A stretch of DNA of 64,000 nucleotides from Trichosphaerium sp. ATCC 40318 (taxonomy: Eukaryota > Protista > Tubulinea): positions 62,001 to 126,000 of the forward strand of contig JALMLS010000417.1 in the NCBI GenBank assembly GCA_038496445.1. The letters run 5' to 3'. Below the pieces are notes generated by a model. The model was given only the letters and a program-made list of their open reading frames with translations. It had not been told where the DNA came from and made no database searches. Below, in pieces: positions 27,023 through 40,035 of this stretch (positions are counted from its first letter, which is position 1; every line of letters starts with the position of its first letter). A program made the position numbers and the translations under genes.

Positions 27023-29467
27023 TTAGTTCTTCTTGAAAGAGATTGGATCTTTTAAACTCTTTTTGTAAAGTTCCTTAGCACGAACGTGTTCTTCATATTC
27101 ATCAGGCCATAAAAGTAAGCATCCATTCTTTTTTGCAAATTTTTGAAATTTACTAACAAGTGATTTGTTAGTCTTGTGCATTTTGTTGGGCACTATGGCC
27201 TCAACATGCTCTGAGAAAAACAGAGGTCCATGTATTTGTATCTCTAACGATAATTGTAAGACTATAAAGCGTGAAAGAATGGTCATGTGGGTACCCTTAT
27301 AAGTAGAAATACAATTCGAAGGAGCAGTAAGTTTTTGTTTTGTTGCTACTTGAACAACAGCTCTAATTAATAGATTAGTATATTTCTGTGATTCTTATAG
27401 CGTACTTTAGCTCAGCTGGATTATAAGTTTCTAAGACATGGTTGTAGTACTCACAAGATGCGATTTGAACTAAAAAGCAAAAAGTAAGTATGAAGCAACC
27501 AAAAAGAAAACTAGATTATCACCTGCAGCGTTTGATGTATCACAACTAGCAAAAGTTGTACGAAGTCGCACTTTCTTCATGAGAAGGTATGATACACCAT
27601 AAGAAGAACAACATGCCACACCGTTTGGATCATTAACAATATTCTAGATTGGTTAGCAAGCAAAACAACAAAAAAAATTGTGTACCAAAACTCCATATTT
27701 AACTCTCTCGTTTGGCTTTGCTTTGTCGTACACCTTTTTAAATATATTATTCTCCCAATTTATTCTACATTGCTTATTCTACAAAAAAGATAACACACGT
27801 TAACACAAAGTATTTGAGGGATATGTATCTTACCAAACTTCCTTTGCTTGTTTTAGTTTCAAACTGATTTCTGTATTCAGTGTCGTCTATAAATTTGCCT
27901 AATAACACAATCACGTGAGTTCTATTTTAGGCTATAAAATTAAATTTACCCAGCACTTCATCTGGGAAGTGTATAATAATAGGCGCTTCATCTCGTATGT
28001 AACGAAGCGTTAGCTTTAAATCTTTTTCTGTGAATCCTTGAGTTTTGAACTTCGCTAAAGAGTTGGTTAGATTTCAAACCAGAGATAATGTATTCATTCG
28101 TACAAAGTACTCGATTGTAAGCAGCATCAGAAGCTGTTTTTGATAAATTGACTACTTTTCTTAGAGCTGTTGATTGCATGTGGTTCAGAATACTAATCTC
28201 AGTTACTTGTTAGAATAACAAATAAATGACAAAGAAAATCTTATGACGTACCCTACTGCTGCCACTTCTTCAGCAGGCGGTAAAAAGCATTTATCTTCAT
28301 CTATATCGGCTGGGTTTTTATCTGTAAAGTATATTAGTTGCGTTTAAGATAGGAATAAGAACGAACCATAGTCCATAAGAAACGGCGAATTTACATCTAT
28401 TGAAAAAAATTCAGAATTAACTGAAAAGCTGAGTGGTCGTTATCATACCAACGAATCCGTCTTCTAACGCATTATCAAGTTCCATTGAACTGTTTAGTTC
28501 TTGTGACACAGTTAAAGATAAATCAAACTGACCCTAAAATCAGAAAAGTGAGCAATAAGGTAAATTAATAGAACAACTACAAACCTCCTGTTGCTCGTCT
28601 TCACTGACGAATTGAGGGAACACATCAAGCCTAATTTCGTTTGCGAATATACGTATAAGCTTATTTACTGCACTGAATACAGTATTATGCTTTCCTACAC
28701 GTGTCTTAGATTTTGATTAACGTTTTTTGAACTTTTCAAAGAAACACAAAAAAAAAAGCCGTTTGGCTTACCCAGCTCTGTCATCTCGCCTTCTTCATCA
28801 AAAACCATAAATTCTTCATGCTTTAGACTCTCTGGTACAACCAAAGCGTAATTATCTGACTGTAGAACGTTTTCTTCATCTTCTGGTTTTGCTTTGAATG
28901 TTACACTTATTGTACCGTCTTCTATGCTTAATTCTACGCGCGGTTAATGATAACATGAGCGTTTGAAGGTGTTTTAAAACTGACCATGAAAAATGTTGTG
29001 TTTTGGTGCGATTTCTTGTAATAAAGCAAGCTGGCGACGTCTTGACGATGGTATATCAAGGACAACGTATTTTTTAAGTGTTGCTTGCTCATGGTACGCC
29101 GATTGGTTAGTTTTTGGAGGTTGTTTTTCTAACGGCGGTTAGAAGACAGTAAGGTAGGCACTACTACGATACGAACTGGTTGGCTGTTTCTTTGATTTTT
29201 TGTGCTTCTTTGCCTTGGGTTGTTTTTTTGTAGGCGCTGCCGCTTCTCCGTTTTCTAGAGAGCGTTGTCAGTTGAAAGTGACGTTTAACGTTTTGTTTAT
29301 CCTCCAAACAATATTAAACATTACAACTAACCTCTCATAGATGTAGAAAGTGCCAACAGATGATTTAAAGTGGCATCCATATCGTTTTTTAGTTCAGTAA
29401 ACGTATCATTGATAATCTCCTCTGGAATAGAAGGAAACATACTGTACAAAGGCTGAGCAGTTGCCAT
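27023..29467 (-). CDS. CUE (ubiquitin-binding) domain + DUF3626-like domain protein
   Basis: N-terminus LYSMFPSIPEEII..KNDMDATLNHLL (CUE); C-terminus APIIIHF..YRNQFETKTSKG..WENNIF..ERVKYG..NDPNGVACCSSYGVSYLL..RTTF..EIQIHGPLFFSEHVEAIV (DUF3626-like). Confidence 0.7.
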
Positions 29468-29884
29468 TTTGTTATTTCTTTAACCAACTGGCTATATTAT
29501 CTGAAAATTGTTTGTGTATTGGATCAGGACTTGTGTTTCCTTATTAGGAATTTAGCCGCTTCGGTCTCAAAAGCTCGACTACAAGGAACAACAGCTGTTG
29601 GAAACGGTAGTTCAGTGTTGTTATTATGTTGTGGAACATGTCGTTTTCATCAGACATACGGTTTCTTGTAGTATTGTCCGTTTTAATTTAGGTGATTTAA
29701 TGAAATCCCTTTTATCTTGTTTTAATTGTTTTTGCGTTTACCTTCCTCTTTCTTACGTATGCAGAATAAACCACATGGGTCGAGGGGTGGGGGAATAATA
29801 GTATATAAGCCAAATGAGTACTCAGTACTTGATGACAATGATAGTGGGTCGCTTTACAAGAAGAGATAGTGTAATAATTGAAAT

Positions 29885-32800
29885 TTATTTTACAGGGTTT
29901 GTATTTAAATTGATGCACTCTCTTTGGTTATGTATGTAGAGCTACAATAGAAAAAAAAATTAGTACCAAAATAGAAACAACAAAATGACTATTATCAGCA
30001 TAGTACTCTCGAGAATAATCGAGAAGAATAAGTCTGAAAAGTTCCACGTACTTTTAACATAATCTACAAAGTGTGTCGAAAGAAGAAATGCTGGGAAGCA
30101 TTCTTCCTTAAGTTGTGTCCATACTTTTTCTTGTAATTTTTCAAAACCAAAGTTTGGTTTTCTCACAGCGTCTTTTAGAGCATCTACGAACAGACAGTTG
30201 GTTAAATAAAACGTAACTAAGCCTATACATATGTAAAAGGTCTCTAAGAGAGCATACCTGTGTAAAATTTATGTAGCCAGTGCTCAGCAGGGAGTCGTTC
30301 AAAGTACTTTTTGATAATACTATTTTTCTTTTTCTCCCTTACTTCAGGAGTCATATCTTTCCTCTTAAAGAGCTCTACATAATAACTGTTAAGCTATATC
30401 ATTGATGTTATTACATACCCGCTTCAAGCCAGAACGTTAATAAATACTTTTTACGGCCACTGTGGATAACTAAGACGAGGGTTAAGACAAGAAGATTAAA
30501 CCGAAGAAAATATACCTGATAAAAACTTTTTGAAAGATTTCATTAATTCTCGTTTCCATAACGCTGATTTTAATTCAACTATTTGCATCTGTTGTCTCAC
30601 CTTGATATTCATTAATAAAACGTATTCAAAACGAAAAAACACCCAGGTAGAGTGAGTACCTTAGCGTAAAACAGTTTTTCATCTGAAATTTCAATGTACT
30701 TATCCAGCATACGTTGTACTGGTTCTGAAGACTTCGTACAACGAAGACTATTCATTTCTTTAAATAGCCTATGCAGTTCCTTCTGGCGCATCTCAGAACA
30801 CCTAACAACAACTTATTAGCAAAGGCATAAACAATAAGAGTGAACACTGACACAAAAAAATCCAATTCTTTCCAAAAAGTAAATAAGCTGTAGTTAGAGA
30901 CGTACTGAAGTTCACCAGAGAGATATTTTGTATAACACCTGGATTGTAGGAATAGTCTGAATAACTGTTTTATAGCTGAAGTCGCCTAGATTTTGTTTAA
31001 TCAGCAACACAACCGAACAATAAAAAATTTAAAAATCTTACCAAACGAGCAGGCATTAAAAACACGCTGTACAGAGCCTGCACTTTAATAGTACCAGCAA
31101 TTCCTATGTTATATTATTAACTATACAACATACTTCCATTGGGTAACACGTACTGTCAATCTCCTTCCGTGGTATCTTCAAAGATACAGTGACTTGTGCA
31201 GGAGCTTCTAGGAACTTTCTAAATATCCTAAAAGCTTCCGCTTGTAACTTCTCCTTGTCATCATCAGTCCTTAGTATAAATATCTCTATTTCAAAAAAAC
31301 AAGGTGTTAACAACAAAAGGTCACGTGATACATCAAAAAAACGCCCCACATACCATGCTCCAACCAAAATTGAAGTACAGAAACGAACGACGGTTTTGTC
31401 GCCTTTAGGTACTCGTAAAATACAGATACAAGGATTGGTGAGTACATCAAGTCCGTGCTTGCTAATGATGCCGCTTCTGGGCGTGGTAGACACCTACTTA
31501 GAGCCAGTACGTGCAGCTAATATGTTACTTTAGTCTCAAACAGTTTTTTCAAGGCGTACGTCTATTAAAGATGCTAAGCGCTCGTTGGTTGCGAGAGTGC
31601 TACCTATATTTCTTAATTAGCTATGTAAACGTATCTTAAAACTCTTACTCTCTCTGTAGTGATAATACCAGTCTGACATTGAGAAATTTTGAAAAACTTT
31701 CTCAATTGCTATCCATGCATTACCCTGAGCTTCATCAAATGCATGACGCGCTTCAATAGCATTTTTTATACTATCAATCTTAGTTTTAAGTGCTTGAACA
31801 TCAACACCTACACAAAGAGAAGTTGTAAGAATTTTTTTTGGTTTTCTAAGAAGAAAACTACCTAGAGGAAGTTGCGGTTTGCCAGCAGCAGGATCGTGTG
31901 CAACAAACATATTAAAAAGAGTAGGTAAGTTCTCTAGAACTTTAGCAGCAGGTTGCCAACGGTGTATCTCAACCGATAGCCACCACTCAAGTAGGCGTGA
32001 CTCAATACTGTCTTTACTACAACCACCATGTTAAAACAAAATAGCAAGAATGAACTGTTCGTACTCAAAAGACACTGCAAAAGCTGTTAATGCTTCTTTT
32101 TTTGTCAGTACATCATGTACTGATTGTAGTGGAGGCAGTGCAGTCTATGAGAGGTAAATAAGAGTATTTGATGATTAAGGGCGAGAAACTGAAAGATTCA
32201 AAAAGTGCGATTACCTTTGGCCTAGAAGATGCAATCATTCTTATCAATGTAACATCATCACTTTCGCCTCTTGGTGTAGTCATCTAAAAGGCAAAATGAA
32301 TAAGATCTCACGACGGTTTTTAACAAAATACAACACTAAAGCCGTACAGTAGGTACAACTTGCTCTTTTTGCAAGTAAGCCTTGCACTGAATTGAAATTT
32401 TAAACTCCTCATACTGCTCTACGAGCTTAGTCCACACAGCCATCTGTGCGCTATCATACATATATTTCTTGAGTGTCAGAGACCCAGAAGCAGACTTTTG
32501 AGTTGCCTAATACAAGAAATCAAAAAACCGGAAAAAATGAAGAAAATAAAGCCAAGTACTTGTAAGATGGACTCTGCACATTCCAATTTCAAAAACTCTG
32601 GACTGTTTGGTGTAAAATACTTCTCAACAATCTCAGTCGCCCTTTGTAGCCTCTCTTTACCAGGTAGTGTCTTATATTCCTCTATTTTTAAAAGTTATAA
32701 AATAGCATTCAAGCAAAGAAAGAAAGCGCACCAGCTCTTAGCCAGAAAGTCAAATGATGAGCTGATTTTATGCTCAATAGGAACTCTCTAAAGGCTAACA

Positions 32801-35800
32801 GAAAGTCCGCTTTGTATATAACATCTTCTAGGTCTTTAGGAAGTCTCGACTCTCCAGTTAGCTTAGCTTTTAGTTTGATTGGTGAAGACGCTGATCTATT
32901 CGAGTGTCGCATACTACATAGCCAATTAAATAACAAGTAATAATAGCTTATCTAGTACTCTTCGTTGTGGTTCACGCCTCCCCAATGCTGCAGTACATTC
33001 ATTAAATCCATATTAGCAATAGAATATCTCACAGTAGCCCTTTGTTTGGCCAATCTTGGCGCAGCTAAGGAGTAGTTAGCAACAAACTTGGCATTGTAAA
33101 ATCATCATACAGCTAGACTTGCGCATTTGCACATCATTGAACCGCGGGCCAGATGGTCTTCGTACTGATTCGGGTGTTGATGATCTCGCAGGCACATGAA
33201 CACTATTTCTCAACTTACTACCACTTGATCTTGACCCACTGAGGTGCTGTTTTGGTCCTTGAAATCTTTCAGTTAGCTACTTTTTTATCGACATTATTCA
33301 TATGTACGTGTAGGATTATTCGCTGACTTGTGTAGTCGTGCAACTGGGGCTTTGAACCTTTTTACCCAAACATGTAGTTGGTCAACGAAACCAATCTTAG
33401 CAAGTGTAGTATCTTCAGAAAAAAACGATGCGTCAGGCTCCAACTTTATACCTATACCATCACGTGCATAACCACGTTTTTTACTCAATTTATCGAGTAT
33501 ATTCTACAAAAAAACCCTCTATTAGAAAACACCGAAGTGTAGAATAATCTACAGAGGGAAAAGAGAACGTACGCCAACTGTTTGACTTGGGTTATATGGA
33601 ATTTTTGCAAACTGATTATTTGGTAGTTTAAGAGAAATAAAAGGCGGAGGAGCGACAGGGCTTGGAATAGCATAACTCTTACTCTTGACATGATTCTTTA
33701 CTTTCCCAGAAGAGGTGTAATTGATTTGAGTAGGGTGTTTAGGACTAGTCCTATTGCCTGGAAAGTTTGCAATATCTTCAGTTGTCCAAGAACCAGCTGA
33801 AGTTTTAATAATCAGAAAAACCCATTTCTCTCATATTTAAATTAATAGAAGTGTATGCGTACCTCTTGGTTTACGTGCAGTTGTTTTAATGCGTTGAATA
33901 TTATCTTTTATAGGTGCAGACTTTTGTCTCCTTTTCTAAAGGAGGAAAGAAAGTAAATAAGGGTGTAGAGTTCGAAAAATCTTTACCACATCAAACAGCT
34001 TCTCAATGTGCATGTTCAGACTTGTAACACGTTTTTTAGGACTGAGCTGGCCTTGCGATAGAAGTAAGGATTGATTCGTATTAGTAGTTCAGTAACTAGT
34101 AAAGCAGTACCTTGCTTATAATGCGCAAAGTGAAGAGATTTTTTGAATTGCGGAAAATCATTAAATGACAGCTCAACAAGTACAAGCTCTTGTACTGTTT
34201 TAAAAACATCCTTGGTAGGATTATTATTAATATTATGACGTAAATGATCAACATCGAAATCCTTAAGAGACACCTAAACAACAGTCAACCAAAGAACTCC
34301 AAAAACAAAGCAAAAAAAAAATATGCTCTGAAAAAACCAACAATTAATAAAATATCTCTTCCGTACATGATAGTGTGGACTATTCTCTGCATCAAAGTAC
34401 TTGGCAAATAGTTGCCTAGCGGATTTACCAAAGTCGCCACTCTTTTGATGTTTAAGTTGTTCTACATCAACATAAAGTGATAAACGAGCAGATGATCCTT
34501 TAGAATGTAGGTACTCATGGAAACAAGTAAGCAAATTCTTATCTCTCAGAACTTGACGAAGTGAAACATGTGCTTCTAAAGGTAAAACAGTAAGCAAAAC
34601 ATTTACTGATACACAGCGCATTTGATGGACTTTTTGTCACCAACCACGCCGCACATACCTTGTATCTTCATCTCTTTTACATGTGTATTCCTTTTTAGGC
34701 CATTTTCTTGAGGAGGCTGTGTGACCTTATCTTTCTAACACTCAGGTTATTAGAAAAATCTTTCAAACATAACACAACGTCTAATACGTACAAAGTATTT
34801 GTTCATATCAGAAACAGTAGTACCCCTCATCCGCACTATTGTAGAATAACAAGTTAGCAACCTTTCATAAAAGATATTGCAGTACTTGAAGCGTTATCAT
34901 CATTATTAAGTTTTCCTTTATTCCAATCTTGGAAAAACTGTGAAGAACGAAACTTTGGAAAACAGTCATAGCACAATAAACTCCATATACGATCCTGACA
35001 GTGAACAAAGGTTCGCTATCATCCAACATCAGTATAATAATTTTATGTCACACATGAATAAATGGTTTGTAATGCACGCACTGGAGTGGGGTTCGAAAGA
35101 ACCTCTTGGTGAAGTTCAGGGACTTGAAGATCTTCGACAAAAATTGCGTATTCAGACTGTGGACTGAAGTACTTGTCGAACATTTCAACTGCGCGTTTCT
35201 GCATCTCTGGGCTGCTAGGACTCTTACCATAGAGCTCTATGATGCGTATATCAGTATGAAGGTTTAATTGTATAGCAACGTAAGAAGATATAAAATTATA
35301 TCTAACGTGCCTGCTTCAAACCAAAAAGAAAGAGCTTCAGAGCAATGAATGGTATGAAGATACTTTCTGAATGCCATCATACATGTTTTATCGTGTATAG
35401 CCTCTCTTAATGTATCCTTTACACTTGATCTAGGTACAGGGACTGGAACTTTTGACTTCTTAATAAAGGAAACTCGTCTACAACAAAAAGTTAATGTTCA
35501 ATTCTGACTATTCCTACGCTAGTAAAGCTTACTTTTCTTTTTTCTTTGGGTCTTTTCGTTTAGCTGTTAACAAAGAAGGCAGTGGAAAGAATAGGCCACT
35601 CTTTTTATGACCAGCACGGTGGCTCTAAGAGATATAAAGTTATCATCCAAAAAAAGCAAATGAAGTGTCAAGAAAACCAATCAAACGTTTGTTCCTAACG
35701 TACAAGGTACCGTGGCCATGTCTGTCCATTGGATAAATTAGCAGTAAGGTTTTCTTTGTACCTCGCTTTATAAAAATACGTTAGATCAATGATATTACTG

Positions 35801-36500
35801 AGTATTCAGTGCTAACCTTTATTTTGCAAGCAAATCTGTAATTCCACTGATTCTCCAAAAGAAGCAAATGTCATTGCCTAATTATACACTCAATACACGG
35901 AAGAAACATATGACAAATACTTTAGACCCTTTTCCTACGAAAAGCACCAAGAGGAACGTTTAATTTTCAATTTGAGGGAAAAAAATAAATAAACGACAAA
36001 AAAAGCTGTTTAACTTCTTTGAGTGCTTTTAAAAATCACTGTGCTTGCGCTAGTGCTTCAAACGTACTTTAAGATTCTGCCATATTGCTTTACGTATAAC
36101 GTCAAATGCATCAGGATCTCCACGAGTCCATTTGCTTTTTGTTACCTTTAGTAAAAAAAATTAGCTACCTGATAACGCTCTTGATGGCTTTGTGCGAGCG
36201 TACCTTCATGTCCAAGCCTGGTATTAGCTCTATTGGTAAAAAATATTTTCCAGTTGAAACTAGAAAGCATGCGGCGATTTCATCACCCTTACGTGCGCGT
36301 GCTGAACCTTCCAGGAGCTTGTAAACATCTAAGTATGGGTTGGTACGTGATAAGCTATTACGGCGTTGTAAAAACGTTGAGAGCGTACTCGTATCTGTCC
36401 AAAAGGCAAAGTCTCGCTGAATTGAAAAAACGAATTGATGGTACGCCAAAAATATTGCCGGGTTGTTAGGGTTTATGTCTGATTGCTTTGTACCAAGCAT
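29885..36500 (-). CDS. Giant multi-RGS protein (about 7-8 tandem RGS domains) with a probable Ras-binding/ubiquitin-like domain
   Basis: Repeated RGS signatures: FAFWTD, AFRKYLHTIHCSEALSFWFEAELY..MFDKYF, CFHEYLHSKGSSARLSLYVDVE, AFREFLLSIKSAHHLTFWLRAE, LLEWWLSVE, FYEYLK..LQFWLEHE, SFKKFLS..LTFWLEA..ECFPAFLLS; many introns. Confidence 0.7.
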
Positions 36501-36844
36501 TATTATGTTAACACCATAAGTTGCTCGGGAATAGAAAGAAGATAAAAAATTAAATTGCTGTTCCAAACAATTCCCACTACAATACGTGTTACAGGTGTAA
36601 ATGTTTTGTCTCGCTCTGTTTGCGTACCGTTTTTATCGAGAACAATTTTAAAGCCAGCTATTAAACCAAAACTGAGCGAATAAGCACTAGAGTGGGTAAT
36701 TCGTAACAAACAAACGATGTTATTTACAGATAGCGCACTTAAACTGTGAACATAAGCTCCGACCGTTCAAACAATCACTGCCTTAAAACGAGTTAAATCT
36801 GAGTATTTTCTCGTAGAACGCAACTAGTTAGCGAATACTTACCG

Positions 36845-39035
36845 ATGAGTAACATCAAAACAAATTTTAGCGATGAAGGGAGGGTTCCTATATTACAAAA
36901 GCCTACATTTCAATTAACAGACCTGGAGTCTCGTATATTTGAACTGTTTATTGCCACAAATAAACATTTCGGTTTAACAACCGTAGTTCGCGTTGCTGGT
37001 GGATGGGTTAGGGATAAGGTACCGTTCTTTAAGCGTTAAACCAACTAATAAACAATAAAAAGGTAATGCAGAAAGAGAGCGATGATATAGACCTCGCATT
37101 GAACAATTCAAAAGGCATGGGCTACGCTCAAAAGGTCTTTGAGTATCTTGAGCACATAAATGAACCAACACGCAAAGCACCAAAACCAATAGAAGCTAAC
37201 CCAGAACAAAGCAAGCACTTGGAAACAGCAACAATGGGCGTAAGCTAACCTTTGTGATAAAATTCACCGAAACACGACATCCGTTGCGTCGAACTGAATC
37301 AACATAGGTGTATGGGGTATCACTGGACTTTGTAAACTTACGGACGGAAACTTACACTGATACAAGAATACCAGAGATGGTAAAACCACAAACACAATTT
37401 CTGTTCTTTGATTTAATTAACTAAATGTTCTAGAAATTCGGTTCACCTTATGAAGACAGTTGCAGGCGAGACTTGACAATTAACGCTTTATTCTATAATA
37501 TACACACCAAAATGATCGAAGATTGGACACGTTTGGTAAAGTGACAATAATGACACGTGAAGTAAAGCGACTAAAAGAAAACAAAAATAGGGATTACAAG
37601 ATCTTCAACTTCAACTTATTCGAACTCCACTTGATCCTGTACAGACATTCCTAGACGATCCCCTTCGCATATTGAGGTTAGTAGATGTTATCACGTACCC
37701 TTTTAACCTTGAACAAAAGGGCTATCAGGTTCTCTTGCCGATATGGCTTCAAAATAGCACAGAAACTTTCAGATGCTGTACACACTTCACAGATACAAGT
37801 ACGTACTTCTTTCTGCATTGTCTTCCACACATTTATTAATAGAGTCTTCTAGGTTGCTTTAAATACTAAAGTAAGCAGAGAGAGGTTTGGGAAAGAGCTT
37901 AACGGCATGCTTAAAGGTGAGAGAATAAGATTTAAATCAAAAAAAAAATCAGAGTTAATAAGCTACTTAGGTCCAAGACCATATCTTGCTTTGAAGGTCA
38001 TTAGTAATTTTGGAATATTCCCTATTGTATTCCAATGTAAAGATCAAAAACTCATCGATGAAGCTCTCCCTAATCACGAGGAACTTGCACTTGCTTATGC
38101 ACATCAAATGAATGAGTACGAGATAATTTGTATTTCGTTAACAAAATAATGTCTTATTCAATTCTCAGTTGCTTGTTTGATGAGCCAGATATTTCAAAGC
38201 CAAACAGGAAGATATTACTTCTATCTAGCATGTTCTTACCTTACTCTAATTTCACATATACTGGACCAAAAGGAAAGGAATTTCCACTTGTAAGATATAT
38301 AATGTGGGAATCTATAAAGGTAAATAAAGACTTACGAGTTGCTTGGTTCTAACTAGTCTCTTTCAGGAGCCAAAAGATGTATATAATAATGTATGGTCTC
38401 TTATTGATGCAGCAACTCAATTTAATGATATGATGGATATTTTAAAAGAGCGTAGGGAGCCTACACGGCTTGCAGTTGGTATGCAAAAACAAAATCAGTT
38501 TTTTTGGTAACATATTGTTAGGACTTCTTTTACGCCAAATTAAAGGAAGATATGAGCTTGCTATATTATTGGCGTATGTATTGAGATATATAACACTCAA
38601 ACACCGCTTTTATGCTGGCTTTAAGCCTGTTGCTAGTCTATCACGTAAGGGTATTTGCTACTTAGGAAAAATACGCTAGCAACAACTTTTTGTACCTGAC
38701 GTTTATTCCTAGTTCGCATTGAGTGCTTAGCTTTACGTAAAAAACTATTGCAGTTAATTGTTGATTATGATATGACAGAAATATGGAAACTTCAACCTTA
38801 CTTTGGTGTACGATAGTAACTTATTTTAGACTTTGTCAACTTTCTTTTTTGGCTCACTTTTTGTTAGGGAAAGAAAATCAAAACCGAGTTGGGTGTATCC
38901 CAAGGACCAATGTTTGGATTAATCATAAACAAACAAATAGAATGGATGCTATCAGTACACCCTAACCACGATGAAGAATCAGCAAAAGCCAAATGTCTAG
39001 AGATTGTTGAACAACAAAAACAACAAAGTAAATAA
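36845..39035 (+). CDS. CCA1: tRNA nucleotidyltransferase (CCA-adding enzyme, class II)
   Basis: VRVAGGWVRDK, DDIDLAL, ANPEQSKHLETATM, DFVNLRTETY, RRDLTINALFYN, DDPLRILRAIRF, KVSRERFGKEL. Confidence 0.92.
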
Positions 39036-39409
39036 GGGATTCATTGAAAACCAAGTTCTTCTTTATTATTAGATGTCAGTGTTGTAAGTTTCAATTTTAG
39101 GGAATACTATTGATGAATCGATTGCAATTGGATATCGTAAACGCAAGTGCTTTGATTTTTTAATGAGACCTACGAAAAGAGCGAAACTAACTCCCAAAAA
39201 TACAAAATCAAATTAGAAAAAAAAAAAAGGATGTTGTTTTGCTCTGGTTGTTTTTAACTTTCTATGTGTGGTAAAGGGTTTACTGCACTTTGTTTACAAT
39301 CACTGCGGTTTTTATTTAGTCTTGGCATGCTCATTTTATCTGATGAACTAAACGTAAGTGATCATTTAGCTAAACAAAAGTAAGAGATGATCGCGAGGTG
39401 TGCATGAAA

Positions 39410-39480
39410 TTGTTACTGTTGGATTTGAACCAACGAAAATACGTTATCAGCATATTACTTTACCACTAAGTTAAGAAACG
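39410..39480 (-). tRNA. AT-rich tRNA-Ile(GAT) gene or pseudogene of organellar/viral style
   Basis: Reverse complement folds as CGTTTCT TA ACTT-AGTGGTA-AAGT A ATATG-CTGATAA-CGTAT TTTC GTTGG-TTCAAAT-CCAAC AGTAACA A; D, anticodon and T arms paired; acceptor mismatches at 1:72 and 5:68. Confidence 0.7.
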
Positions 39481-40035
39481 AGGAAGCACATTACTCTAAA
39501 TTGCATCTCGTTGGAACGACATGTGTTATCATTTTTGTGTCCATCATTTTCTACACAAAAAAATTGTGGGTTATAGTTTTGAGAAAAATAGTGGAAAAAA
39601 AACAAGCTACGTGAATCCAACCCACGTGGATGATCAATTAAAGAAAAGAAAGCTATTATAATGCTGTGCGAGTCTAATTTAGTTTAGGTAGTTTAGCGTC
39701 AAAAAATGAGTACTTCAATTTAATTTTACACATAATCACGTGGTAGCGTACCAGAGCATTTTAAGCCTAACGAAGCACAAGCGAGCTGGGTTGGTGATAC
39801 CTCCCTATTGGATTGGTTTGTTAGGTAAGCGTGTCTCGATGAAGTTCTATAAGTAAGTATGATGCAAGGTACTTGCGAGCGCTATCCTTAAATCAAGATG
39901 ATTAAAATCACGTGATTGTAGTCAATTTGAGTTCATGTTTTTTAAATCTTAACTTTATAGGCATCGAACTAGTAGTGGCAAATGGCTGAGATGTTTATTG
40001 ACGGGAGGTTTGTTAGCAGGTGTACGGTAAAGGTC

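Noticed and set aside
39775-39885. Slightly GC-richer intergenic patch considered as a small ncRNA
   Set aside because: No recognisable snRNA, snoRNA or SRP motif and no convincing fold by eye
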